The notes under the pieces are model-generated. The model worked only from the letters and a program-made list of their open reading frames with translations. It was not told the origin of the DNA and searched no databases. From Reclinomonas americana ATCC 50394 (Eukaryota): a stretch of DNA of 61,848 bases. Both the position numbers and the translations under genes were made by a program. The stretch lies in contig PS015384.1 of the NCBI GenBank assembly GCA_048213135.1, forward strand, positions 1 through 61,848. Direction: 5' to 3'. Shown in pieces: positions 24,933-37,175 of this stretch (position 1 is its first letter; every line of letters starts with the position of its first letter).

Positions 24933-25892
24933 TTGTCGTTGCTCATGTACCGTGCAGTCTGAACCGCAAGCCATCACGTGCCGCACGCCTGCTGCCCTGG
25001 GTCAAGACCGTGTTCCAATTGCACACGTCGTATCTCATGACCGTACCCGATCTGGTCAAGTCACTTGGCACTCTCTACCAGTTGGTGGACAGTCGTCTCT
25101 CGGCGCACCAGAGGTTTGCACGCCTCTCGGGTCGACTGGACCTGCTCATGACACAGGTGAGCACGCAGAAGACTGAGAGTGTTTGCTCGAATGAGAGTGT
25201 GTTTCTCACTTGTTGTGCGTCCTGAACAGATCTCCGAGCGCACCAAGGAGCAGGCATCGGCGCTGGTCGGTGCCAAGAAGCGCAACATTCCGCGAGTGGT
25301 ACACGTAGAGGGTGAGTCGGACGATGATGACGACGAGGAGGAGCTTGCCGGCCGGAGTGCCCTGGCACGAATGATGGAGGACGACGCCAATGTCGACGAT
25401 ATGCTGAGGAAAATGGAGAAGAGGCTCGGCATTGACGACGACGACGAAGATGAGGACGACGAAGATGCCGAGGACAGGGCCAGGGCGGCCCGGCGGCGCA
25501 GGTCCTCGTCGGGAATGCATGTCGGTGCGTACTTCTCCTCGTCTTCAGGCGCATGAAGATGGTGCACCTGCGTCTGATTGCTTGGGTTTCCACCTTAAGC
25601 AGATGGTGACGACGATGACGAGGATGATGATGAAGAAGAGCTCGGCACGGCGGTGGACGACGAGGCGTCAACAGCATCCGAGGCCGAGAAGGAAACCGCG
25701 GAGAAGAGCGCGGATGCCGAAGATGAGGACGATGATGAAGAAGAGGACGAGGAGGAGGAGACGGAGATTGTGTTCAGAACAGCCAAGGCAAAACCGACGG
25801 CACGGTTCCGCCGCGAAGTGGATGACGACGACGAGGAGAGCACCGACGATGACGATGGTGACGACGATGATGATGATGATGATGACGAATGA
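22771..25892 (+). CDS. WDR43: WD-repeat SSU processome subunit WDR43/Utp5 (5' end and middle in gaps)
   Basis: WD repeats (IKMWDV, FAGHPSSV...VSMW), Utp12-type domain LLPWVKTVFQLHTSYLMTVPDLVKSLGTLYQLVDSRL...LSGRLDLLMTQ and a long acidic tail. Confidence 0.85.
24080..24863. other. Assembly gap (N run)
   Basis: N characters. Confidence 1.
24880..24928. repeat. (CT)n microsatellite in a WDR43 intron, next to the gap
   Basis: Read directly. Confidence 0.9.
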
Positions 25893-26053
25893 GGCGCGCA
25901 ATGAAATAGGTATTAATGTGACAACTGAGTTACACACACACTGCGGAGGTGGAAAAAGGAAAAACGGGGAGCGCGCTACATGCACAAACTGGCAACGAGG
26001 GGGGAAAGAAAGGATTGGGAGGAAAGCAAACGAAGGGAAACCCCGTTCGGCAA

Positions 26054-29000
26054 TCATCTCTGCATGTGGCCAGTGGTACGTGGTCGCTGGTAATCGTCGT
26101 CCCGATGATGCTGCACATACACACACGCAAGCACGCACGCACGGTGAGTGACCTGATTCCATGCAGTGGCACTCGCGCTCGACGTACCCCATTGAGATGG
26201 CCGAGCGCACTGCTGAGAATGGCCATGCTCTTCGGAGCGCCTGTGCCACAACGAGTTGAGCAGAGCTGCAAACTGATCACTGATATGATAGACACGACAC
26301 ACCGTCTGCACTGTTGGGCAGCCGTGCAGCACTGGCCGTGATCAGTGCGCGTATCTTGCGTTTGCGGCTCTTCAGCGGCACCTGTGTGACGAGGAAGAGC
26401 TCGTCCAGCTCCTCTGGCACCATGTTTTGAATCTCGGCTGCGCGACGACAGTCAGTGGCGGCAGAACAAGCAGCCGAATAGTTTGAATGCAATACACACG
26501 CAACTGATGGTGGTCTCCTCCTCGTCCTCCAGCCGCTGAATCGCCTCCGTGGTCTGCATTCGGGAGACCTGCAACTCGGAGATGTTGCGCTCGTACTCGG
26601 CCGCCATGGAGTCGGCCTCCTGCACAGCGAGCATCACATGGTTCAGTGACAACACGTGCAATCCGTGCGTTTGTGCACGAGCAACACACCTTGTACGATT
26701 CGAGATCACCAACGGCAAGCGATTCGGCGCGGTCCTCCAGTGCACACCGACGGCTCTCCTCCAGCGAGGAGATGCGAGCCGAGATGACGGCCAACTCGGA
26801 TCGTGCGCGCTCAATGCGTCGACGCAGCTCGCGGATAGACTGTGCTCAACGGTGTTGGATAACACATCCACTAAATCTCTCAACTGAGTACGCGCGAACC
26901 TCCAACTTGTGAATCGCAGTCTTGCGGTGCTCCACCGCCAACTTCCACTGTTCCAGATCCTTCACGTGCTGCTCACGTGCATGAGGACACAACAAGACAC
27001 AACGTGCCTGCGAGATGCACCACCCACTCACCCGTTGCATGTGCTCGCGCGTCTTCCAGATGCTGCCCTGCACTCGGTTTACCTCGGCAGCCATCTGCAG
27101 ACAAACCACACACTCAGTAATCACGACTGTGTGCGTGCATGCGAGTGTAACCCACGAACCGGCGTGTACAGCTGGTACAGCTGCATGGAGCGCGGGATGA
27201 GCACCTGCAGATCGTCATCCGACACCTGATCGACCACGATCTTGGCACGGAACACCTCCTCCTCCTGCGTTGCACATGAGCACGCTGCTGCTGTTTGTGT
27301 CTGCTTCTCAACATTGCACCGCTCCCACCTTCTCTTCCTCCCACATGGCCTCCCGGCTGAACAGCAGATCTGTGTATGCCTTTTCTTCCTCGCGCTCGGC
27401 CTCGCGAAGCGCATTCCGCGCCCTCTCCAACGCCACCACTTGCTGCTCAAACCAATCATACGTGGAGTGAGCAACACACTCCGAAATATTGATTGCACGA
27501 TGAGACGCGCCTTCTTCCACGACTGCTCGCTCCTGGAGACCTCCTCTCGCACACCGTGCAGCTGCTGCCGCATTTGCTGCAGACGCTCGAGATTAACAGC
27601 GGCCTGGCGGTAGGCCTCTGGCTTGTGCTCGGGGTTGGAGTAGCCCGTCTCGCCCACGTCCAACAGCGACTGCGCACAACAACACGTGAGGGCGTGAACC
27701 AACCCCATCTCCCACCACGGCAGGCCACGCACCAGCAATCGCATCTGTCGACGGTCCTTGTGCGAGGCAATGGCATCCAGTCGACGCAGGATGTCCGACA
27801 GCAATTCGCCAGCACGCGTGGCCAGCTTCACCTTCTCTTCGCTCCACTTCTTGATGTTGGACTCGACACCGCGGCGGCGTTCGCCAACCTGTTCGGCGCG
27901 AGACATCATGTCGGAGCTGGAGCTGCTCATGGTGTCCTTCAGAGTGAGTTCCAGCTCGCCCAGTTGCTGCAAGGCGGCCTGGATGTTCTGATCCACGCGA
28001 GCCTTGCCGCGCTTCACCTCCTCGAGATCCTGCAGCAGTTGCTGCACGTCGTTCTCCTGCTCCTCGAGACTCTGCTCAAACTTGATTCGCTGCTTGTCGT
28101 CGTCAACAACCTGCGCCACGACGGCGGTGTCGAGCGGTGGCACCGGCTGCAGGCTCTCCATGCCGCGACCGCCTGTCATCACAGACCCAAACATTCTGCT
28201 GGTGAGTGGAAGGAGTGGGGCAATATGAGCGGTAGTGGGTACGCAACTCCGTAGTGTCGACACAATGGCATCCTTTTCAAAGACACGTTTGCGCTGCAGC
28301 TCCGACTCCTGCGACGCTCGCAGACGCTCCATCAGCTCGATCTTGCGTGACTCCAGCTTTTGCATCTGCTGCAGGGTCGCGGAGATGTCGGTCTTGATGG
28401 ACTGCATCTCGTCAGCCGCGGCCTTGGCCCGCTCCGCTTCCGCCTTGGCTTGCGCCTCGTCAATGACCGGCGGTGCGCGATACGACTTGGGGGAGCCGCG
28501 CGTACCGCTCGACACCATGGTTGGCGAGCCGGAGGAGAGCTGACGCTGCACACGGGGCGCCGGCGACATGCCAATGTCGTCCTGTTGCAAAATCACAAAT
28601 GTGAGAAAAACAATGGTGACGTGCGACGGTTGTACAATCGAGTCCCACCTCGCGACGTGGTCGGTTGGGTGACGGTGGATCGTCTGCGCGGGGTGAGCCC
28701 ATGGCGGACGGGAAGGCATGCGACTCTGTGGCGGAGGAGAATGAGAGACGGATACGCAACTACCACAAGCAGCGAGACGTGGAACCGACCGAGAGCCTCC
28801 GGCGGCAGTTCGGAGGAGACCAACAGTGTGCGCAAACCAAACACTTCTTCGGTGCGCGGAGTGCTGCGCACAACGAGCACAGGTCAGCGACGGAAGAGAG
28901 ACGCCCCTCGTCTCTCACTCCCATCACGCAACTCGACAGAGGGGCCGGTGACTTGCAGCACACGCAGAGTCGGGTGCTGTGCGAGTGCAGACTGCATCGC

Positions 29001-32000
29001 GTCGCAGGTAGCAGGCGAGAAGGAGCATTCGCGAGCGCTCAAGCGCAGCAGCGTGCGGTTGTGATTTTGCAGCGTCAACAGCAACAGTCGACCTACAGCA
29101 ACAGCAGTCAGCACATCGGCTACCAGTTGACGATGATTCACACATACGCACCACCCTCATCTCCCAAGTCATTCTCATCAACCACCAGCGACTGCAGTGC
29201 GCCAGAAGCCTGGCAGGAGCAGCAGCAGCAGCAACAACAGATATCAGCAATAACGCGCGGATTCATATGTGTGTGGGTGCAAATGCAAGTACCTTGACGT
29301 AGTCCACAATCGGCAACACCGAGTCCGCCGTGGCGCCGACAGCACGAATGGCCAGGTGTCGCAGTGTTCGCGAGTATGTCAGCGCCGGCACCAGGCGCGA
29401 GACGCCAGTGTCGCCCAGGGGGTTGTGGCTCAGTCGGATCTCGACCATGGAGTGGTCGTGGCGCAGCACATTGTTGACAAACGACGAAATGCCCTTTTCT
29501 GTAATGTTGTTATCCGACACGTCGATGCGCGACAGGTTGCCGTTGAGTTGCAGAACGTGCACCAAGAAGTCGAATCCCGTGTCGGAAATGAAGTTGGACT
29601 GCGTGTGGGAAAGAGTGAGTGCGCAACACGGAAGCTGATTGGCATGAAGCGCCGCACCGCCACGTTGAGCGAGGTCAACGAGGTGTTCTCCCCACGGAGT
29701 GCGCGACACAAGTGCCCGAGTCCCTCGTCCGTGAGGTTGTTGTTGGCCAAATTGAGCGAGGTGATGCTGCGATTCGAGGCCAGCATGTATCCCGCATTCT
29801 GACCGCCATGCACACCCAACAAGTTGCCATCGGCGTGCAACACGCGCAACGTGCTGTACATGCGCATGAGGAGACTGGATTGAGATGGAGTCGCAGCTCC
29901 CACGTACTCACGTTTGGAAACCGAGCACGTTGGTGAGCGTGGCCCAGTCCTGGTCGCTCAGATCCTGATTGCCCACGTACAACTCGGTCGGTACCTCGTC
30001 CTGCTCGATCGTCGCGTGTAAGGAACGGATGAAAGGAAAACAAAGAGGTCACACGTACCTGGCCAATCGTATCCGTCTCGAGACTGCCGAGTTGCTTCAG
30101 TACGTCGACCAGCTTCTGATTCACAGGGGTGTGCGTGGCCTGGCAGCGGCTCTTGTACTGCGTCAGGATCTCCAACACATGATCGCGCATGTCGTCCTGC
30201 GGTGCATTGCTCAGCACTCGGCACAAAACAAGTAGTGTGGGTTGGAAACGCAACAAGGTCGCTGAAAAAGTCCTCTTCCTCTTGCAACGAGATCGGGTAC
30301 GACTCGCGTTCCTGCTGACTGCTAATGTCGATCTTGCCCTGCGGATTGTTGCAGTGATCCAGAATCTCAGCAATTTGCTCCTCACCCTCCACCGTGGTGT
30401 AGTTTTGGTCAATGGCAATCAACTCGATCACCGCATTCAGGTGGAAGACTTCCGCCAGTGCCGTGGCACCTGCACATCACAAACACACACAAACACACAG
30501 AAATCAGCTCTTGGCACAGAGCGGGCGTGCATGCTCGAGAGTACACACCCTGGTCGCGAATAATGTTGCGCCCCATGTGCAGCTTGGTCAGGTGACGATG
30601 AGTGCTGCAGCGACTGCGAGTGGAGGTCGGTGAGTGGTTGTTTGCAGACGGCGACAACAACAACAACGATGCGCAGGCACAACGTACCTGGCCAGCGCAA
30701 TGGCACCGGCGTCGCCAATCTTGTTGTCGATGAGCGACAGCTCTGACAACTTGGGCATTTTCGGGATGAGGTCGGCAAGCGCCGAGGCACCGCGCGAAGC
30801 CAGGCGATTGCCGTCCAACAGCAGGATCTCCACACCCAACGGCAGCATCACATCGATCAGCGCCTTGCGCAGGCTCTCGGCGCCGCGGACGCCAATGCGG
30901 CAGCGCGAAGCGTTCAGGTAGCGCAGTTTCGGGAGGATCAAACCCAGCTTCCCACTGAGCTCAGCAGGCGTGAGCAGCGACGAGAGCAGCGGTACGACAG
31001 GGTGTGTGTGAGAGAGAAGACGCAACGCATTGTCGTTGCGGAGGGGATTGCCGGCAATCGACACGTCCACGAGCTCTGGGTGCTCCTGAATGGCATCGAC
31101 AAGCTGACCCAAGCTGCGCGAGGTCATGCGATTGCCCGACACATCCAGTCGACGCAGAAACTGGTTCTTCTGCACTCCACACACACACACAGGGGTGGGG
31201 TTCAGAGGAGACAAAGCGATCCCATGTGGACACACATGAAACATCGCAACTCGAATCGCCATTGCCAGCTTCTCCATGCCCTCATCGCCGACACCGCACT
31301 GCGACACAATCAGCGTCTCCAGCGTATCCGAGCTGACTAGCACCGATGCCTACACGCACAACAGCGCGTCAACGAAAAACAACAACAACAACACGAGTGG
31401 TACCGATTTCAACACACGCAGCACCGCACATGGACGAACCAACAATCGCGCGCCCTCATCCAACACCGGGTTCTGCTGCAGCTCCAGCTCCACGAGAGTG
31501 CGACACATTTGCGCCACCGCCGGCGACACTGTGATGCTCGAGGAGATGAACGACGCACGTCGCACCGATGTCGACTGCACAGCGGGAGAGAATGAGTGAG
31601 AAACAGCAAGTGAGAGAAATCGCCCGAATGATTCGACCTGATTGATGGCCTCGGCCAACAATGCCGCCGCATCGTCGCCGAGTGGCACGCCATTGGTCTT
31701 CACCAGCGAGATGCTGCTGGAGAAGGCCAGCGTGTATGCAATCGCCTCAATGTCTTCAAAGGTGTATCCCGCACTGCACACGCACACACGCACACACAAA
31801 CCGAAATGAGAGAGCATGCGCGTGTGAGAGACAAAAGAGCCACGCAACGAGCCGGCCAGCTTGAGCGCCTTGCCCTGCTTGAACACGCGCAGCAGATCGC
31901 GCTTCGGCTCAATGTGCAGCTCCTGTGCGCGTGTGTGAGAGAGACGCGCGCGCACATAGAGACAGCGCGGAAACGGAAGACCAACGCAACTGCACACTTG

Positions 32001-32041
32001 GCCTCGTACACACTGGCCGCAGAGGTCGCCGCCGACGCCAT
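26054..32041 (-). CDS. Large RNI-like leucine-rich repeat protein (two LRR blocks) with long C-terminal coiled coil
   Basis: Repeats such as LRRLDVSGNRM, LSELSLIDNKIGDAGAIALA, ITSLNLANNNLTDEGLGHL, IRLSHNPLGDTGV; heptad-rich region ~26400-28480; spliced end GHLNG|HHRDDDYQRPRTTGHMQR*. A single-gene model is inferred. Confidence 0.7.
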
Positions 32042-32097
32042 GTTCTGTGTGTGGTAAGAAAGCGCCTGCAGCTGGCGAGCGCGATTGTCATTCACGA

Positions 32098-33570
32098 ATG
32101 TCAGATGGCGCTGGCACCCTCACCGGCGCCACTGGTGCAATGGGGAGCACTGGTGCTGCTGCTGCAGCAGCAGCTGCATCAGTGGCGGCGGCAGTGACAG
32201 CAACAGCACCGGCGACGACGATTGCTGCTGCGACAGGTGCAGCCGGAGTGGGCACTGCGGCGGCGGTTGTCGCGGCGGCGTCGAGTGAGAGTGGTGAGCG
32301 AGGCAAGGCGGCGAAGAAGTTTGTGCCAGAGGAGTACCTTGGTGAGTGTGATGAGTGAGCGTGTGTGCATTGTTGGTGCTCACGATGCGCTTCGCAGATC
32401 GACATGGTGTGAGCGCGTATTTGAAAGATGTCGTCACGTTGTTGCTGGAGGTTCGTGTATTGTCAACGATGATAACTATGAGCTGCGATGATGAGCGTGA
32501 TGTGGCGCAGAATCGACCTGCTGATCCGCTGGCGTTTGTCGCCGACTAGTTGCATTTGCATGCTTCCTCTCCTTCTCCCTCCCTCTCTCTCCCTCGCGCT
32601 GACTCTTCGTGCAGCTTCCGGAATGTGGTGCATGGCACGAGCAGTGTCATGCGCTCGTATCGGTATGTGCGGTTGACGCGACGATCGTGTGCCGCCTTCA
32701 TGGACAACTTGGTGGCGGCGTTTCGCACGCTTGACATGCGACGCACGCCTTCGTCGAGTGGTCTGCCTGTGCTGCTATCGTTGCCTTCGACTGTGCTCTG
32801 TGCTCCATGTCGTGTCGCTCACTGGCATTGTGTGTGCGTGTGCGGCAGAGGAGGGCAGTGGTGCTGGCGATCGTGCAGGTGGCAGCGGTAGTGAATCGGA
32901 GAGTGCGCTGGGGTTGCGCAGTGGCGACATGTCGCGGCTCTTGCGGGCGCTGTGCTCCGATTTCCCCGAGCACGTTGTGCGACGCATACAGCGTGTGTTT
33001 GCGGCCAGCGATACGTCGGTGATCCCGTTCTCGCAGTTCAGCGCCGCCGTGCATGCGTGTCTGTTGTATCAAGGTACGACGCCGCGTGTGGGGGCGAGAG
33101 AGAGGGCGGGGATGGCACTCACTCGCTTCGCCTGGTAGAGTTTGTCGACACTGTGGAGGAGATCTTTCGCTCGTGTGGTGTCGACGACAAGGGCCGCGTG
33201 CAGGCCTCGGTGCTGGAGATCGAATTGCTGCAGTGTGCGGCCACCTGGCCAGAGGATTATGGGTACGCATGCGCTTGTCGTTCGTCTCTCTCTTTCTTTT
33301 GCTCACATCGCGCTGCCCAGGCGGTGTCCTACGCAAGAGGAGATTGTGCGATGCGTGGAAAGCTGCACGCGCAGCTCCGGCAATGTGCGCTTTGAGGATT
33401 TTGCATGGGCCTTTTTCAACGCCTGTGGTCCACCTTCCGAGACCGAAACGGCGGCTGCCGCGAGGCGGATGGCGCGAAGACCGCCATCGGCCGGAGGCGG
33501 TGGTGGCGGTGGCAGTGGCAGTGGTAGTGGCAGTGCTGTCGATGTGACTCGACTGGGTCGCAACCGATGA
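32098..33570 (+). CDS. Tubulin polyglutamylase complex subunit 1-like protein (TPGS1/CSTPP1 family; RIIa/DPY30-like dimerisation motif)
   Basis: PEEYL|DRHGVSAYLKDVVTLLLE|NRPADPLAFVADYFRNVVHGT...AAFMDNLVAAF...LLRALCSDFP...IPFSQFSAAVHACLLYQ|EFV matches the family pattern; the paralogue cannot be assigned. Confidence 0.75.
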
Positions 33571-33609
33571 TGACGAATGTGGCATGTACTTGTACAAACT
33601 TTATGAGGC

Positions 33610-35531
33610 TCAATCGTCGAGGAGACGCAAAAAGTCGGGGTCGCCGGCGTCCAAGTTGACCATCTCCTGCTCGTACGGTCGATGCGTGGCGGGGGGTTTC
33701 GCGCGCGGCCGGCCCATCACGAGCGACCGGCGAGCCACACACCACACCACCAAGAACATGGGGACAACGACGACCAGCATCACCACATTGAACACAAAGT
33801 AGGAGCCGTTGAAGGCGTGTGTCACTGCAAAGCGAGTCAGCTGGGCGTGGAGGCACAGTGTGTTATTTGCGTACACACACGCACCAGCGTAGAACATGGG
33901 GAATTGTGAAAAGGACACCACGGCACCGATCGTGTACAGGCAGCCGATGATGCGACCCATGCTGCGCGCGTGTCAGTGCGCTATGGTGGCCAAGGGGACG
34001 CACTACCAATACGTACCTTCGTGCGCCAAACACGCGGACCACAAACACCGAGGCCACCGAGAACAGGAACGCGCGGACACAGGTGAAGAGCAGGGCGGTG
34101 ACCAGTTGCAGCTGGATGATGGGAACCTGAACGAGAACAATCGGTCAGATGGAGGGGCAAGCGGTCGGTGAGAGGGGAGGCGTGACGGAACCAGTGTGAA
34201 ACCGCTGTACACCAGCGACAGCACGTTGATGATGGTCATGGAGACGGTGAAACCCCATCTGCGAATCAACAAATGTGAGCCGGAGAAAGCACAAGGACAC
34301 GAAAGTCGATACTGGCGTCACCTCTCGATGCAAAACGAGACCAGTGGTGTAAACAGGAAGCCCAGCACGATAACCGTGCCGCCCAACGTCTCGTACAACT
34401 CCACCGTGGCCTTGTCCGACGACAGCGATTCCATGAACGGACCAAACATGCCGAGGCTGCCATCATCTGGTGAGCAACGGGAACATCGTGAACAAAATGT
34501 GCAATGCGGTGCACGACGCAACAAGGCCACGTTGCGCAGCACGTGCACACTAAAGAAGACGAGAATGCCGAAGAACTCGATCGAGCACAATTGCTGCACG
34601 AAGGGCGCCCGAGTCAAGTCTCGGTGACCATTGGCATACATGCGCTGCGCCGACGCGCGCGAAGGATGTGTGAGCAGCAGCGCGCGAGGGACAGCACAAA
34701 GCAAGGCAGACGGCGCTCACCGACGGACTGCCAGACAACTCGGCGGCGTCGTCGGTCACCACCGACGCGTCCTTCATGTTTTGCTGCAGACCGCGTCGGT
34801 TGAGCAGCCAGAGTGTGAAGAGCACCGTGTGTGTGACGATGGTGACGGCTCCAAAGCCGATAAACAGCTGCCTCAGCGAGAAGCTGCACGCACCGCGATT
34901 GAGCAAACGTGTGTGCGGAAACGATGAGAACAAAGAGAGAGAGTCGACGCACGAGTAGGCGTCTTGCAGCAAGCGGAAGATCAAAAAGACAACATAGCTG
35001 TCGACAGACAGCGACGGTGAGCAAGCAAAACGCACATGCATGCAGGGGGAGACAATGAAAGTACGCACGAGGCATCAAAGAGGCCATTGGAGGCCGACAA
35101 GATCAAGGTCTCGTATCGCGGCAGCAGGTAGGCGACACGGAAGCCGCAGACAAACACCAGCGTGCTGGCAAACCCAATGAGGCAGTAGCCGACCTCGACA
35201 GCGACAAGGAAGCCGAAGAGGTAGTAGCCAGCGAGACCACAAAGCAGGGCGACCAGCGTGACAAGTGCCGGACCAAAGCTGCGACTCGTGCGTCAGTCAC
35301 GGAGACAGAGAGGCACAAGGGAAGAGCGGGTCGTCGCACACCAGTCAAGCAGCAGGCCGACGACAATGCCCGACGCTGTTTGTGTGAGTGTCGCCAACGA
35401 GTAGACCAAGTTGAGGCGATCCTGGGGGGAACGGAAGCACACAGTCACTATCCATCCACAGACGAGAGTGCAACTCACTCTCTCTCATACACACACACAC
35501 CTCCTGCGGTGCACACATGCCCTCGGGTGTA
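33610..35531 (-). CDS. MFS transporter, SLC43/LAT3/Fmp42-like (5' end in gap)
   Basis: CAPQE|DRLNLVYSLA...VGLLLDW|FGP, ILSASNGLFDAS|SYVVFLIF, LQLVTALLF..VRAFLFS...VFG...MGRIIG; many transmembrane segments. Confidence 0.8.
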
Positions 35532-35687
35532 NNNNNNNNNNNNNNNNNNNNNNNNNNNNNNNNNNNNNNNNNNNNNNNNNNNNNNNNNNNNNNNNNNNNN
35601 NNNNNNNNNNNNNNNNNNNNNNNNNNNNNNNNNNNNNNNNNNNNNNNNNNNNNNNNNNNNNNNNNNNNNNNNNNNNNNNNNNNNNNN
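35532..35687. other. Assembly gap (N run)
   Basis: N characters. Confidence 1.
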
Positions 35688-36921
35688 GAGTACTGTACAG
35701 TGCGGTAGTGAGCCACACGATAAGAGGCCACTGACGGTGTGCACGATAGGACGAAACTGGGGGGAAGAGGAAGGCGTAGACGCCGCTGCCGACAAAGAAG
35801 GGGAAAAAGTACGAGGCCAACGTGAAGGGCATGCCAAAGCCCAAAAAGTACGCCCAGTTCTCCTCAAAGACGCGTACGCGGCGGCGCAGTGGCCACCCCT
35901 GCGTGTCCCACTTGCAATCAAAAGCGTAGAAACTGTACAGAAAGCAGGTCATGGGGAAGGCCAGCAGCCAGCCGACCACCGGCACCAACGAGGCGACAAA
36001 TAGCTGTGCCACACGAGTTTCTTGTCGTCAGACGACGAGGTGGGTGGAAAGGAGGCAGGTGACGGCGGACGTACTTGCAGAATGAAGAGGAACACAATGG
36101 CCAGGTTGCTGAGCTTCTCCGCAATGCGCTGGCCAAACGGAATGGTACACGTGACCTTTTCTCCCGTGATCCGATTGTGCGCCAACGAGAAGAACTCGCC
36201 GTACCTGTGCGAGTCGGTGAGCAGCGGGGAGAGAGAGAGAGAGAGAAGAGAGAAGTGCGACGGCGCACCAGATCATGTTGAAGATGGTGCTGAGGCCGTA
36301 AATGGGGAACAGCCACAGGAGCTGTGTGGAGGAGACATGAGAGTCCACGTCGACAGCAGCAGAGACAACTCTCTCGACTGCCACGCAACATAGTACGCCG
36401 GGTACAGCAGCCAGTCAAAGTAGGACGACTGTGTGTTGTTGTGCGGTGTCAGCGAGGGGGAAACGAGGAGAAAGAGAGGGAGAGACTCGCCTGCAAGGCG
36501 GGAAACGCCGCCTGCAAGAGCGGCACCAGAATGTACTCCAACACGACGACACTCCCGATAAAGATGCACAGGTTGAGCATCAGTGACCTGGACGGGAGGG
36601 AAGGAAGGGGTTACACACACACACACACAACGAGAGAGAGAACAGACACTCTCACTCGCACTCGCGCGCGCGCGCGCGCAACTTTGAATAGATGCGCCAC
36701 AACGACGCACTTCGCAGCAGCAAGCGCATCGGTGCTCGCCACCGACACGCGTGCATGAGGCCACGATAGAACTCTGACACAGTGTCAGAGCCTCCACTGA
36801 CAGCAGCTGCTCGTGAAGAAGAAGAAGAAGATGATGACGATGATGATCCAACTCCCCCAGAAGACGGCGACGAAGGCTCGCCAGCAGCACTGGCACCCTC
36901 TCGTGCCTGTGACGATGCCAT
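35688..36921 (-). CDS. EI24: Etoposide-induced protein 2.4 family membrane protein (3' end in gap)
   Basis: LMLNLCIFIGS, LWLFPIYGLSTIFNMIW|YGE, LYSFYAFDCKW...GWPLRRRVRVFEENWAYFLGFGMP...SGVYAFLFP are EI24 family motifs. Confidence 0.88.
36429..36490 (-). other. GC-AG intron (CAG|GCGAGT...CACAG)
   Basis: Keeps the frame AFPALQ|SSYFDWLLYPAYY; the GT 4 nt inside shifts the frame. Confidence 0.75.
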
Positions 36922-37175
36922 GCTCACGCACTTAGCACAACTCTCTCGGTGTGAGAGTGATCACACGTGAACCGTCGATCGATCAACTGTTGTTGTTGCA
37001 CAGGAGCGAGCGCCAGTTGCGTCCTCTTCTGCCTGTGCACTCTGCGTCACACACGCGCACACGCGCACAGTCGCCTCTGCGTGCGCGCGCGTGTGTGCGT
37101 GTGTGTGCTGCTTGCGCGTCATGACTGACACACACACTCGCGCAGAGAGACGCACTCGTATCACACAGCATCGAG

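Noticed and set aside
21535-25225. Long ORFs of 290-457 aa around 22-25 kb (and similar ones at 53 kb and 58 kb)
   Set aside because: Artefacts of translating through N runs.
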